IMG/VR virus record: IMGVR_UViG_3300020473_002200
Coordinates: 64,001 to 128,000 of that record
Strand: one strand, 5' to 3'
DNA from: a virus
Length of the DNA: 64,000 nt
Made by a program: the position numbers and the translations under genes. Below are positions 17,261-27,714 of the stretch, in pieces. The number at the start of each line of letters is the position of its first letter. Within the stretch, counting starts at the first letter, position 1. Under the pieces are notes generated by a model, which saw only the letters and a list, made by a program, of their open reading frames with translations, was not told where the DNA came from and did no database searches.

Positions 17261-20200
17261 ATGGCAGAGCAAACATTCAGATCCCCCGGATTTTTTGAAA
17301 GGGAAATTGACCTTGCGGCGAGGCGCCAAACAGTTTCTGGAGTACCTGGTGGTGTTATTGGTACATCAGCAAAAGGTCCCGCCTTCGTACCGGTCACCGT
17401 CGGTGATTTCACAGATTTCGTAAACAGGTTCGGTGGTCTTGACCCCGATCTTCCAGCTGTTTATGCTGCGTTCGAATTTTTAAAGAACAAAAGGGCTCTA
17501 ACGTTCATGAGGGTTCTAGGCGCAGGTGGTAATATAACTGCCGCCGATCGCGACACAACAAGGACATCAGGTATTGTAAAGGGTGCTGGTTTTAGAGTTA
17601 ATGGCGTTGAGGCCACCACCAACAGAGATAACATCGCACTCGCTGCAGGTTCAGCTGGTGATTCAGGCAACGTCGCCGGTTTGCTTCTTAACGGTGGTGT
17701 TAATCTAATCATGGCTACTCATGATCTTAACGTTGCTGGTAAGTCTCAAGAAGCCCGTGAGTCATACCCTATTTTTGTTGATAACTCAAGCGTTACCAAT
17801 TCATCTGTATCAACCCAACTATTACGAGGTGTTGTATATACTTCTAATGGTCATCGACTCGCGTGTATGGCAACAACGGCAACATTCGATAGCGATCCAC
17901 GCATCCAGACTGACTCTAAGGCAGCTTTGGTATCTTCTGAATTTAGATTATTGATACTAGACTCAAGTCAAAATGTTATTAAAAATGTCAAGGCATCTCT
18001 TGATCCTGAGCATGACTCATATATCTCTAAGGCCTTGAATACTGATCCACACAAATTTTTAGAAGAAAAGCACTTATTACACTTAGACCTCCCTGTAGAG
18101 GACGAGGTTGCGTCTGCAACTGTAGCGTTTGTATCAACACCATCCAGATCAACTGTTGGTGGATCTCCTTTTACTGGAGATGATGCCCGGGCATGGTCTG
18201 TTATGGGAAGAATGGACGCACGTTATACAACGTCCAGATCACCAGCAATTATATCACAACCTTTCGGTACTCAAGAATTCGATATTATGCATTTCGAATC
18301 TCTTTCTGATGGCGAAGCTGGAAATAAAGATGTAAAAATTAGTATTGCAAACATAAGGGCTTCTCTTGATCCAAAACAACCTTTCGGAACGTTCGAAGTT
18401 CAGGTTCGAAAATTAAAGGATTTAGATACTGATCCTGAAATTCTAGAATCTTATCCTGGTTGTACTCTTGATCCAAACTCAGAAGACTTTGTCGCAAGAA
18501 AGATTGGTGATTATAAAGCACAGTTTAATTTTGACGCTGACTTAGAAGAAGAGCGTCGCTTGATTGTTTCAGGTAAATACCCTAATCGTTCGCTTCACGT
18601 AAGGGTTGTGATGAGCGATAAGTTCGAAAGAGGAGAGGTTCCTGCTGGATCATTACCTTTTGGATTTAGAGGGATTCCAGTTCTTAAGACATCTGAGTCA
18701 CTTACTGATGACGCCACCAAGACGATTATGGACGATTCTGGTCCATTAGGTAATGTGGTAATTGCAGATAGAGCGTCAGGCGCATCCGCAACAGTAGCAA
18801 TTTGTGACGGTAACGAAGGACTAAAGCAAGCTGCCGCGGCCCACCGCGATATCTGTAGAATCCATACGGCAACTCTTATTGATCATGATGATAGAGCTAG
18901 TGCGACACTAAACTCTCCAATTTTTCCGCCATTCCCACTACGATATAAGTTGACTCGTGGGCTAATGCCTGCTGCTGCAGACGTCGGCGGTTCGGATCCA
19001 TCCGGTAATCCTGCACTAACAGAAAAGGTTGATGCTAAATTATATTGGGGTATGAAATCAGCACGCTTACCAAGGACTGCATCAATTGCTAATGCGGCAA
19101 GAAACCCAAACGCAGGAGCGCAGTTTAACACATTAATTGAAGGATACACAAAGTTCCAGGGTATTGCGAAGACAGGAGCATTACTCACAGGTTCAGCTGT
19201 CGATGTATACAACTCAAATAAGTTTACTCTTGCAAGGGTGGCTTTAAATAAAGTTGGTTCATCTGCAGCAAAAATCGCCGAATACGTAACAGGATCTGCT
19301 AAAGAGCACATGCTAGAAGCTGTATATATGAGAAGTGCAGCTGTTGATCCTAGTGACTATCGTGTAACTGATGGTTCATACGGCGATAGAATAACAATGG
19401 CGACCCTATTAAACAGTTCATCTGTTAAGTTTAATAGGTTTGTTGCTTATAACAAGTTCACACTTCCTATGTACGGCGGATTTGATGGTTTAAATCCTCT
19501 AGACAAGGATATGTCACTTATGAATGATAGAAGTACATCATCTGACGCCCCACTTGGGTTTGAAGGAAAGGCATCAACTGAATTTAACGCAGCTTTTACA
19601 ACAAACACTGGGTTAAATACAGGCGCTCCAGGAACAGGCAAAAACAATAGCACGGTGATTTCATATCGTCAAGCTGTTTCGATTATGACCGACCCAATGA
19701 CTGTTCGTCATAATATTCTTGCAGTGCCAGGTATAAGGGATTCCTTTGTGGCTGATTTTGCTTCTGATAAGGTTAAAGAGTATTCGTTGGCATTATACCT
19801 TATGGATGTGCCTGCTTACTCCGAGAATGGAACTCGCTTATTCGGAACAGAGGATAGAACAGCATTTACTAAATTGCGAAAGTCTGTCCCGGATGTAAGA
19901 GAGACATCAGAACAATTATCTTCTAGAGTGATTGATAACAATTATTCAGCCGCATATTTTCCAGATATTATATTGGCAGATGCGGCCAATTCAACGCAGG
20001 TCAAGGTACCTGCATCTGTTGCTGCAATGAAGGCCCTCGCGTTCAGCGATTCGGTATCTTTTCCTTGGTTCGCACCCGCTGGTTTTAATCGCGGTGCTCT
20101 GGATAACGTAACGAATGTAGACGTTAGGCTAACAGCCGGCGATAGAGATGAATTATATGATGCTAGAATTAATCCAATTGCAAACTTCCCTGATGGTGGG

Positions 20201-20563
20201 TTTGTGATTTTTGGACAAAAAACTTTGCAAATGGCTAAGAGCGCACTAGACAGAGTAAATGTAAGAAGATTACTACTAGAAATTAAGCGTTTGATTACAG
20301 GCATTGCACAAAGATTATTATTCGAACCAAATAACGCTGAAACGAGAGCAAGATTTATTAATTTGGTAACTCCATTGCTTGCAACTGTTCAAGCGCAGGC
20401 TGGTATTGATAGCTTTAGAGTTGTGATGGATGATTCGAATAATAGTCCTCAAGATGTTGAGAATAATAGATTGAACGGTCGTATAGTCGTTGTACCGACC
20501 AGGGCAATCGAGTTCATCGCGATTGACTTCGTGATAACTAATAGTGGAGTTTCTTTTGAATAA
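17261..20563 (+). CDS. gp18: Tail sheath protein 1 (gp18-like, 1100 aa)
   Basis: SPGFFEREID N-terminus, GPAFVP, FPWFAPAGFNRG, LY..RINPI, FGQKTLQ, DRVNVRRLL, PTRAIEFIAIDF. Confidence 0.93.
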   Translation: MAEQTFRSPGFFEREIDLAARRQTVSGVPGGVIGTSAKGPAFVPVTVGDFTDFVNRFGGLDPDLPAVYAAFEFLKNKRALTFMRVLGAGGNITAADRDTTRTSGIVKGAGFRVNGVEATTNRDNIALAAGSAGDSGNVAGLLLNGGVNLIMATHDLNVAGKSQEARESYPIFVDNSSVTNSSVSTQLLRGVVYTSNGHRLACMATTATFDSDPRIQTDSKAALVSSEFRLLILDSSQNVIKNVKASLDPEHDSYISKALNTDPHKFLEEKHLLHLDLPVEDEVASATVAFVSTPSRSTVGGSPFTGDDARAWSVMGRMDARYTTSRSPAIISQPFGTQEFDIMHFESLSDGEAGNKDVKISIANIRASLDPKQPFGTFEVQVRKLKDLDTDPEILESYPGCTLDPNSEDFVARKIGDYKAQFNFDADLEEERRLIVSGKYPNRSLHVRVVMSDKFERGEVPAGSLPFGFRGIPVLKTSESLTDDATKTIMDDSGPLGNVVIADRASGASATVAICDGNEGLKQAAAAHRDICRIHTATLIDHDDRASATLNSPIFPPFPLRYKLTRGLMPAAADVGGSDPSGNPALTEKVDAKLYWGMKSARLPRTASIANAARNPNAGAQFNTLIEGYTKFQGIAKTGALLTGSAVDVYNSNKFTLARVALNKVGSSAAKIAEYVTGSAKEHMLEAVYMRSAAVDPSDYRVTDGSYGDRITMATLLNSSSVKFNRFVAYNKFTLPMYGGFDGLNPLDKDMSLMNDRSTSSDAPLGFEGKASTEFNAAFTTNTGLNTGAPGTGKNNSTVISYRQAVSIMTDPMTVRHNILAVPGIRDSFVADFASDKVKEYSLALYLMDVPAYSENGTRLFGTEDRTAFTKLRKSVPDVRETSEQLSSRVIDNNYSAAYFPDIILADAANSTQVKVPASVAAMKALAFSDSVSFPWFAPAGFNRGALDNVTNVDVRLTAGDRDELYDARINPIANFPDGGFVIFGQKTLQMAKSALDRVNVRRLLLEIKRLITGIAQRLLFEPNNAETRARFINLVTPLLATVQAQAGIDSFRVVMDDSNNSPQDVENNRLNGRIVVVPTRAIEFIAIDFVITNSGVSFE

Positions 20564-20587
20564 GAGTATAACAGGAGAAGTTAACAA

Positions 20588-23500
20588 ATGGCAGAACTGA
20601 CATTTAAAAGTCCAGGTGTAAGCACTCGAGAGATTGATCTTTCTGGTCCCTCTAGAGTTGGCCCGGTTGGAACGCCGGCTGGCGTCATTGGTACATCCGC
20701 TAAGGGTCGTGCCTTTGTTCCTCTGGTATTCGCAAACCTCTCAGAATTCGTAGCTGAGTTTGGTGCTGTGGGTCCAGATAAATTCGGCCCAATGGCTTTA
20801 AGGGAATGGTTTTCAAATGCGAGGGCCGGTCTTTACCTTAAGGTCCTAGGTGTTGGTGACGGTAAGGCTCGAATAGGTGAAGCCGGTAAAGACTCTCGCG
20901 GTAATGATATCGCCGCTGGTGCAGTAAAAAATGCTGGTTTCGTAGTTGGTTCTGAAATTGTTAATCCAGATACGGGCAGGGTGGCTGCAAATCCTTACGC
21001 AGGTGCTGAGGCAGCTGGTGCTAAGGCAACAATCGTCCTAGGTGTTACTGATGGTGATGCCACTAATCACGGCATAGCAGAAGATGATACAATAACACTG
21101 ACAGATGCAGGTGGCGTAACAAAGACCTACAGCGTCGTCGACGGTGGCCATGCTGCGCAGAAAGCAACAGCGACCTTAACGTATACTGCCCGACCAGTTG
21201 CTGATAATGTAATCACGCTCATTACCCACGATAATATTACAAAAACCTATATCTTTAAAGACGAAGGTAGTACCGGCCAAGTGGTTGATGGCAAAGTCGT
21301 TGTAAGAAGAGGCGCAAACGGTGACGCAGACTATGCTCAGCTCATTGTAGCAATTAATCACGCCGCGGGTAACAACGCAGGATCGGCCGATGACAAAATC
21401 GAAATGACCCATAATAATGCTGGCGATAATAATAATGCTGGTAATATTGTGTTCACACAAAAACCCACAACTGCTGCTGGCAACAAAGCGATTACGGCGA
21501 CTTTGGCGGCTGGCTCATCGTTTAGTGGAAATTTTGTGGGTGGTGGCTCAGCTGTGGCGACAGGAACAGTCTTGGCGCTTCATGATAGAACCGGTTCTGG
21601 TTTGGCTGAGGCCGCTCAAGTAGGCACCGTCGCAGTAAATATTAATACAACAGGTGGCTCTGTATCTGCGGCGCATACATTCTTAAAAGAATTAGAGACT
21701 GCCATGGAATCCTCAACCGGACATGATGGCGAAATTGCTGGAGTCCAAAGCACTGTCGCTGCTGGGGCATTCGTCGCCAGTCAAGTATATAAGATAACGG
21801 AAGTTCTGGAAGCTAATTGGTCTGGTTTCGGGGGTCCTGAGAATGCCACAGTCGGCGCTACTTTTACTGCCACCGGCGTTGGTACAGAGGGTCACGGCTC
21901 AGCTGAAGGCCCAATGGACGGCGCTCAGACATTAACATTAACGCAAAAAGCAGGTGGGACAGCAGGTAATACAACAGTCTTGAATACAGGCTTACCACAA
22001 GCTGTAACTCTTGGCGGACTTCGCATTGATGAAGCAGCGACAGTAAATGACTTTACTGGTGGCCGCGATGGTAATGGTATGGAAGGCAGAACACACTTTT
22101 TGAGTGTTTTGATGAAAGAGTCTGCGCCCTCTAAGGCTTCTGCAAGAATTACGGTGGCTGCCGGTAATGCCAATTCTGCGGTGGAAGCAGGAAGAACAAT
22201 TAAAGTCACTTCCGCTGATGGAACATCTAGAACATATGTGATCGTAGATTCTGGTAACGGTGGTGTTGCTAATCATAAAAAGCTTGTAGCCAATGACGCG
22301 CTAGGAAACGGATCAACCGCCGGCGCCGCTGGCGTCGTGGATGGCATTTCCGTTAGCTTAGACTTAACTGCCGACGCCGGCCAGGATAACCAATATACAT
22401 TCTTGACTAAATTAAAGGAGTCGATCGAAGACACCGACGGTCATGCAGGAAAACTTTCAGTTTCAATTTACGACGCTGATGGAGACGCCGCATCGTCAGC
22501 CGCCGCTGAAGCTCAATACGCGGTGATAACTCAGGACTCGCCAGGACGAGCTGGTAACAGGCCGATTACATTATCGCATGCATCTATTGGTAACTTAACG
22601 ATTGTATCTGCATTTACGGGCGGAGTCGGTGAAAGAATATTCTCTGAAGCCGGTACGGGCGTCGCTACTACTGATGGTATTAGATATGCAAACGTCTTGC
22701 GCGGTGTGCTAATGTACCCATCTGGTGTGGTACCTTCGCTTGCAGCTTCTCGTACTGCAATTACTAATAACTCTCCAGTCGGTAAATCTAGTCTTAAGGC
22801 AACTGCCCACGCGGAAATTAATTTTCTAAACGAAATTACTGCTACACGTACTATCATAGTAACAGACGGATCTACTTCTCGAACTTACCGCGCCGTTAAC
22901 GATGGTAGCGAAGCCGGCTTAGATTTTAAGCGAGGTAACTCAGGCGGTAACGCTGCCGCTAAAGCCGCCTTGGCCGCGACTGATTTCGCAAGAGCTGTTA
23001 ACGCATCCACAGGCCACTCTGGCACAATTCGTGCTGTGGCATCAGGTTCAATGGTTACGCTTAGTCAGCTAATCGCAGGTTCGGCTAAGAACACTGCAAT
23101 AGCAACAACGATAGAATCTACCGTAGCTTCCATACCTTCACACTTCGAAGGTGGAGCAGATTCAGTTCCTCAATATGCTGGTTCAACCGCAGCTTTTGGT
23201 ATAAAGCCAAACAGGGTAGGTCACGAAAATGGTGGCTCACAATTGGGTAATGTAACTACGACAAGCGGAAAGCAAGAGTTCATTATGATTCTTAATGGTC
23301 ATAAGTCGACTCAAAACAACCCAAGCGCTTTAACGGCATCATTTGATCCTCAAGCGTCGAATTACTTTCCGAATGTATTGAATACTGACCCAACTGCAAT
23401 TCAGACAACTGGTCATTATCTATATACTCACTACGACGTATTTAGCACCTACGCTACGCCAGCTGGTACAGGTAATCCATACCTAACGTCGCAAGGTCAG

Positions 23501-25615
23501 GCAGGTACTGATGTCGCAATGTTACTCTCTACAAGGGGTGACCGAAATACGGGCAGCGCCACAAAGGCAAACGCGGAATCATTTTCTGATAGATTCCGAA
23601 CTGCGGTATCTCCAACGATTGTGTCTCAAAAGCTTGGTGGCGTAAATCAACCATTATTTAGACTACACTCTCTTGATGATGGCGCGGGTGGAAATAGTGT
23701 ATATAAGATAACGGTAGAAAATATAAGGAGATCACAGTCTGATAAAAACAGATATGGAACATTCGATCTTCTTATAAGAAGCTTCACAGATAATGATCGT
23801 GAGCCTGTGGTACTAGAAAGATTCTCTAGCTTAAGCCTTGATCCTAATTCGGAAAGGTTTATTTCAAGAATTATAGGTGATCAAAGATTATTCTACGATT
23901 TTGATAAACGAGCGGGTAGCCAAAAGTTAACCCTCGCAGGAAAATTCGCGAATAACTCAAGCTATGTTAGAGTAGAATTAGCAGACTCTGTAGAGAATGG
24001 TACGATGGACGCAACCGCGTTACCATTCGGGTTTAGAGGGCCGCAGAAGCTTAATATTGATAATGCCGATGCGTTATATTCACCGTCTGGAATTGTAGAC
24101 ACAGCTGGAAACGCGTTATTAGACGCAACTAATATCGCACATAAGTCGATGGTCGCACCACCTCTTCCAATGAGAAGAAACCTGGCGGTGGGCCAAACAC
24201 CAAAGAAGAGGCTTGTTTCATCCCTAAACTGGGGTATCCAGTTTGAGATTGATGATTTATATAATGAGCCAAATAAAAATAGCAAGGTCGTAAGTTGTGC
24301 CGAATCATGGACAAAGTATTTTCCTGATTTTGATCAAGACTCATTGGCTTTAGTAACTGCAAGAAAGGGTTCAGCAGCGGCTGATTCACATAATAACAAC
24401 TTATTTACTCTTGAAAATATTCAGGTACTTACTTCTAGCGCTGGTATTCCTGATTCAGCCGAATGGGCTGCTGCAGAATATAGAAGAGATGGTGTTGTAG
24501 ACGATAGTATTGTTGATACCAACGGTCTCGCGGCTTCTGGCAGATCAAGATTCTTAAATACAACTACCGACCTAGACTTAGGTTCCGTTAGAAGATATCT
24601 TAAGTTTAATCTTTTCGTTGCTGGTGGTTTTGACGGTACAGAGATTTTTGATAAAGAAAAATCAGCGTTATCCGATATAGCTATTATGAGAGAAGTTGAT
24701 GATGTATCAAGACAGGGTGGCAAAGAAGGCGCGACTGCCGCAACCTATATGAAGGCAATCGATGTCTTGGCTGAAAGAAGTGATGTAGATATTCAACTTC
24801 TTGCGATTCCAGGTATAAGGCAATCCCTGGTAACAGACAGAGCAATTGACGCTGTTGAAGAACGATTCGATGCCATGTATATTATGGACGCGATTGTATA
24901 CGATACAGAAAATACAGTGGTTACAGGCTCAGCGCAAAAGGCAAGCGTATCAAATACGGTGACAAGATTCAATAACAGAGTTCTTGATTCAAGCTTTGCT
25001 GCTGCATACTTTCCAGATGTTATTTTAAGTGATCCATCCACTGGCCAGAATATCCAGGTTCCGCCTTCTGTTCCGGTCCTTGGTGCCTTTGCTCTTAACG
25101 ATCAATTAGCACACCCATGGTACGCTCCCGCGGGCTTCACGCGAGGCGCCATGGCCAATGTAGCTGAGACCCAGGTTAAGCTTAATAGAGATAATCTAGA
25201 TTCACTTTATGATGTAGACATTAACCCAATCACAGCATTCCCTCATACTGATGGTGTTGTGGTGTTCGGTCAAAAGACACTACTAAGAACACAGAGTTCT
25301 CTTGATAGGGTTAATGTTCGTAGATTACTTATTGAGCTACGTAGAAGAGTAAGGCGAGTGGCTAATAGCTTTATCTTTGAGCCAAATAGAGAGGCAACTC
25401 TCGCTAGATTCTCCGCCCAGGTGAATCCAATATTACGACAGATTCAACAGCAGCAAGGTGTTGATAGGTTCTTGGTAAAGATTGATACTACTACCACTAC
25501 ACAAACAGATGTAGAAAACAATACGTTGCGAGGAAAGATATTCTTGCAACCCACACGTTCTGTTGAGTTTATTTCACTTGACTTTGTTATTACAAATGCA
25601 GGTGCAGAAATCTAA
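20588..25615 (+). CDS. gp18: Tail sheath protein 2 (gp18-like, 1675 aa) with repeated inserted domains
   Basis: SPGVSTREID, HPWYAPAGFTRG, FGQKTL, DRVNVRRLL, PTRSVEFISLDF; long Gly/Ala/Thr-rich insert. Confidence 0.93.
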   Translation: MAELTFKSPGVSTREIDLSGPSRVGPVGTPAGVIGTSAKGRAFVPLVFANLSEFVAEFGAVGPDKFGPMALREWFSNARAGLYLKVLGVGDGKARIGEAGKDSRGNDIAAGAVKNAGFVVGSEIVNPDTGRVAANPYAGAEAAGAKATIVLGVTDGDATNHGIAEDDTITLTDAGGVTKTYSVVDGGHAAQKATATLTYTARPVADNVITLITHDNITKTYIFKDEGSTGQVVDGKVVVRRGANGDADYAQLIVAINHAAGNNAGSADDKIEMTHNNAGDNNNAGNIVFTQKPTTAAGNKAITATLAAGSSFSGNFVGGGSAVATGTVLALHDRTGSGLAEAAQVGTVAVNINTTGGSVSAAHTFLKELETAMESSTGHDGEIAGVQSTVAAGAFVASQVYKITEVLEANWSGFGGPENATVGATFTATGVGTEGHGSAEGPMDGAQTLTLTQKAGGTAGNTTVLNTGLPQAVTLGGLRIDEAATVNDFTGGRDGNGMEGRTHFLSVLMKESAPSKASARITVAAGNANSAVEAGRTIKVTSADGTSRTYVIVDSGNGGVANHKKLVANDALGNGSTAGAAGVVDGISVSLDLTADAGQDNQYTFLTKLKESIEDTDGHAGKLSVSIYDADGDAASSAAAEAQYAVITQDSPGRAGNRPITLSHASIGNLTIVSAFTGGVGERIFSEAGTGVATTDGIRYANVLRGVLMYPSGVVPSLAASRTAITNNSPVGKSSLKATAHAEINFLNEITATRTIIVTDGSTSRTYRAVNDGSEAGLDFKRGNSGGNAAAKAALAATDFARAVNASTGHSGTIRAVASGSMVTLSQLIAGSAKNTAIATTIESTVASIPSHFEGGADSVPQYAGSTAAFGIKPNRVGHENGGSQLGNVTTTSGKQEFIMILNGHKSTQNNPSALTASFDPQASNYFPNVLNTDPTAIQTTGHYLYTHYDVFSTYATPAGTGNPYLTSQGQAGTDVAMLLSTRGDRNTGSATKANAESFSDRFRTAVSPTIVSQKLGGVNQPLFRLHSLDDGAGGNSVYKITVENIRRSQSDKNRYGTFDLLIRSFTDNDREPVVLERFSSLSLDPNSERFISRIIGDQRLFYDFDKRAGSQKLTLAGKFANNSSYVRVELADSVENGTMDATALPFGFRGPQKLNIDNADALYSPSGIVDTAGNALLDATNIAHKSMVAPPLPMRRNLAVGQTPKKRLVSSLNWGIQFEIDDLYNEPNKNSKVVSCAESWTKYFPDFDQDSLALVTARKGSAAADSHNNNLFTLENIQVLTSSAGIPDSAEWAAAEYRRDGVVDDSIVDTNGLAASGRSRFLNTTTDLDLGSVRRYLKFNLFVAGGFDGTEIFDKEKSALSDIAIMREVDDVSRQGGKEGATAATYMKAIDVLAERSDVDIQLLAIPGIRQSLVTDRAIDAVEERFDAMYIMDAIVYDTENTVVTGSAQKASVSNTVTRFNNRVLDSSFAAAYFPDVILSDPSTGQNIQVPPSVPVLGAFALNDQLAHPWYAPAGFTRGAMANVAETQVKLNRDNLDSLYDVDINPITAFPHTDGVVVFGQKTLLRTQSSLDRVNVRRLLIELRRRVRRVANSFIFEPNREATLARFSAQVNPILRQIQQQQGVDRFLVKIDTTTTTQTDVENNTLRGKIFLQPTRSVEFISLDFVITNAGAEI

Positions 25616-25651
25616 TATAGAGTATATTTAAAAGGAGATTAGGAGAAAAAA

Positions 25652-26140
25652 ATGGCCGAAACATTAAATGTCTCAAGCATGTTGCCAAATAAATTTGAGC
25701 CAAAGCGAAAGTTTAGATGGGTCTTTGCAATCGAGGGTATCGATGCTTATCTAGTTAAGACAGCGAACCGTCCGACTGTTAACACAGCGAATATTGAAAT
25801 TCCATTCATGAATTCAACTCGTTATATCGCTGGTAAAACCAAGTTCGATGCAATTAGTTGTACAATACACGATCCAATTGCACCGTCTGGTGCACAGCAG
25901 GTAATGGAATGGGTAAGAACTCACTTTGAATCTGTATCAGGTCGTTCTGGTTACGCAGATTTTTATAAGAGAGATTGCCAGCTTAAATTGCTTGATGCAG
26001 TAGGTACAGTTGTAGAACTTTGGGATATCAAGGGTTGCTTTTTAGAGTCCGCTAGCTTTGGTGATCTAGATTACGGTTCAGAAGATCCTGCAGAGATTTC
26101 TCTCACGATCAGATTTGACAACTGCGTACTTCAGTACTAA
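25652..26140 (+). CDS. gp19: Tail tube protein (gp19-like)
   Basis: FEPKRKFRW, L..LD..G..VE.W.IKG.F.....FG.LDY......I.LT.RFD pattern; follows the sheaths. Confidence 0.9.
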   Translation: MAETLNVSSMLPNKFEPKRKFRWVFAIEGIDAYLVKTANRPTVNTANIEIPFMNSTRYIAGKTKFDAISCTIHDPIAPSGAQQVMEWVRTHFESVSGRSGYADFYKRDCQLKLLDAVGTVVELWDIKGCFLESASFGDLDYGSEDPAEISLTIRFDNCVLQY

Positions 26141-26181
26141 TCTTACAATATAAAAAATAATTTTCTTTTAAATTGTGACTT

Positions 26182-26215
26182 GTCAAGAAGCGCTTTGCGC
26201 TTCTTGACTTTTTTT
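26182..26215 (+). terminator. Rho-independent terminator after the tail tube gene
   Basis: GTCAAGAAGCGC-TTT-GCGCTTCTTGAC perfect 12-bp stem followed by 7 T. Confidence 0.9.
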
Positions 26216-26277
26216 ATTTACTCTTCTTAATTCTCCTTTTAAATTTAATACTAACAATATGCCAGCGAGGTGCTTAT

Positions 26278-27123
26278 ATGAGTGAAGGTAATAACGAGGC
26301 TCGACAAGAGCTGTTTGGTTCTACTGCCCCGAACATGCCAACAAAGAATGTGATGAGGGATGATTTTGGGTTTGAAGTACCTATAGAGGCTGTTCCTCTA
26401 CCGTCTAAAGGAAAAATTTATGATGCAGATAGTCCGCTTCATGGAAAAGAGACTTTGGAAATAAAGGCCATGACAGCCAAAGACGAAGATATTCTTACTT
26501 CTCGCGCCTTAATAAAGAAAGGTACCGTTATAACTGAGCTACTACGCTCTTGTTTGATAGATAAATCTATTAATCCTGATGATATGGTATCTGGTGATAG
26601 AAACGCGATTATGACTGCTTTGCGTGTTACGGGTTACGGTTCAGAATATAAGGTCGAGGTAGAGTGTCCTGCATGTGGTGAAAGATCAAGCCAAAGCTTC
26701 GATCTAACAGATATGCCTATTAATACTTTGGATATTGATCCAGTCTCGATTGGTGCTAATGTTTTTGAGTTCACATTACCAGTGACTGGGTTACCTGTTA
26801 GGTTTCGATTTCTAACCGGCGCAGAAGAGCAGGAAATAATGACCATTTCGGAGAGAAGAAAAAAGAAAGGTCAAACTGCCGACAATATGATAACCCAACG
26901 CTTGACTTATTCTCTAATCGAAGTGAATGGTATCAGGGATAAGACAAAAATCCAGATGTTTGTTAAGAATATGCCGGCTAAAGACTCTTTATCATTAAGA
27001 AGATTTTTAGACAATAATGAACCAGGTATAGATCTTGCAGGCTGGATGGAGTGCCCTCATTGTACCGAAACTTCGGAGGTAAAGCTCCCTCTGGGAGCCT
27101 CGTTTTTTTGGCCTGACGCCTGA
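26278..27123 (+). CDS. Tail assembly chaperone / baseplate hub assembly protein (gp26/gp51-like) with CxxC motifs
   Basis: LPSKG..Y, MTAKDEDILT, GDRNAI...LR..GYG, CPACG and CPHC; located between tube and tape measure. Confidence 0.7.
   Translation: MSEGNNEARQELFGSTAPNMPTKNVMRDDFGFEVPIEAVPLPSKGKIYDADSPLHGKETLEIKAMTAKDEDILTSRALIKKGTVITELLRSCLIDKSINPDDMVSGDRNAIMTALRVTGYGSEYKVEVECPACGERSSQSFDLTDMPINTLDIDPVSIGANVFEFTLPVTGLPVRFRFLTGAEEQEIMTISERRKKKGQTADNMITQRLTYSLIEVNGIRDKTKIQMFVKNMPAKDSLSLRRFLDNNEPGIDLAGWMECPHCTETSEVKLPLGASFFWPDA
27103..27109 (+). other. Candidate programmed frameshift site (T7 run)
   Basis: TCG TTT TTT TGG CCT GAC GCC TGA; the +1 frame is open from 27083 and continues into the 27158..27382 ORF. 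Confidence 0.5.
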
Positions 27124-27157
27124 GCATAAAGAAGTATTTCTAAACCATATATTTCTT

Positions 27158-27382
27158 TTGATGTATTATATGGGGTTTGGGTATAGAGAATGTTACTTAT
27201 TACCAGTTTGGCAAAGAATTTGGTTCATAGAAAGAATCAATAAAGAAATTAAGGAATCTAATAAGAATAATGGTGGTGAGGGTGCTGCAACTAGGGCAGC
27301 GCATCACAATGATCCAAATGTTCGAGCAATGATGGGTCGACATCGTGCTAATGTTCCGGCAAAATTGAGAAGATTTACATAA
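27158..27382 (+). CDS. Tail chaperone 'T'-type ORF (probably the frameshifted extension of 26278..27123)
   Basis: No SD before TTG/ATG; the frame extends upstream as FFGLTPEHKEVFLNHIFLL; LP...R.WF..RI pattern. Confidence 0.55.
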   Translation: MMYYMGFGYRECYLLPVWQRIWFIERINKEIKESNKNNGGEGAATRAAHHNDPNVRAMMGRHRANVPAKLRRFT

Positions 27383-27390
27383 TTAAGAAT

Positions 27391-27648
27391 ATGCTTAATG
27401 AAATAAAATGGAAAGATTTTTTTGCTGATTGCGCGACATACGTTATTAGTGAAAATAAAAGCTTCAGAATAAACGGGGATAAGAAGATCGCAGAAGCAAC
27501 CGCAAATGCCTTGTCTAGCTCCAGGAAGCTATATAACGTATTGTGTTCTGAGCAGTCTTCTATTTTAGAGGTGAAAACTGCTATTATTAGTAAAAAGAAA
27601 GCAGCGAATCAATTTCTAAAAACCACCGGCATTTGTTGGCCCTTTTAA
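27391..27648 (+). CDS. Hypothetical protein
   Basis: 85-aa ORF between chaperone and tape measure. Confidence 0.5.
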   Translation: MLNEIKWKDFFADCATYVISENKSFRINGDKKIAEATANALSSSRKLYNVLCSEQSSILEVKTAIISKKKAANQFLKTTGICWPF

Positions 27649-27714
27649 CCTATTGCGTACGTATTTTATCGGTGCGTAATAATTATTCCTAGTGGTTAAC
27701 TTTTTGGGGGCAGC

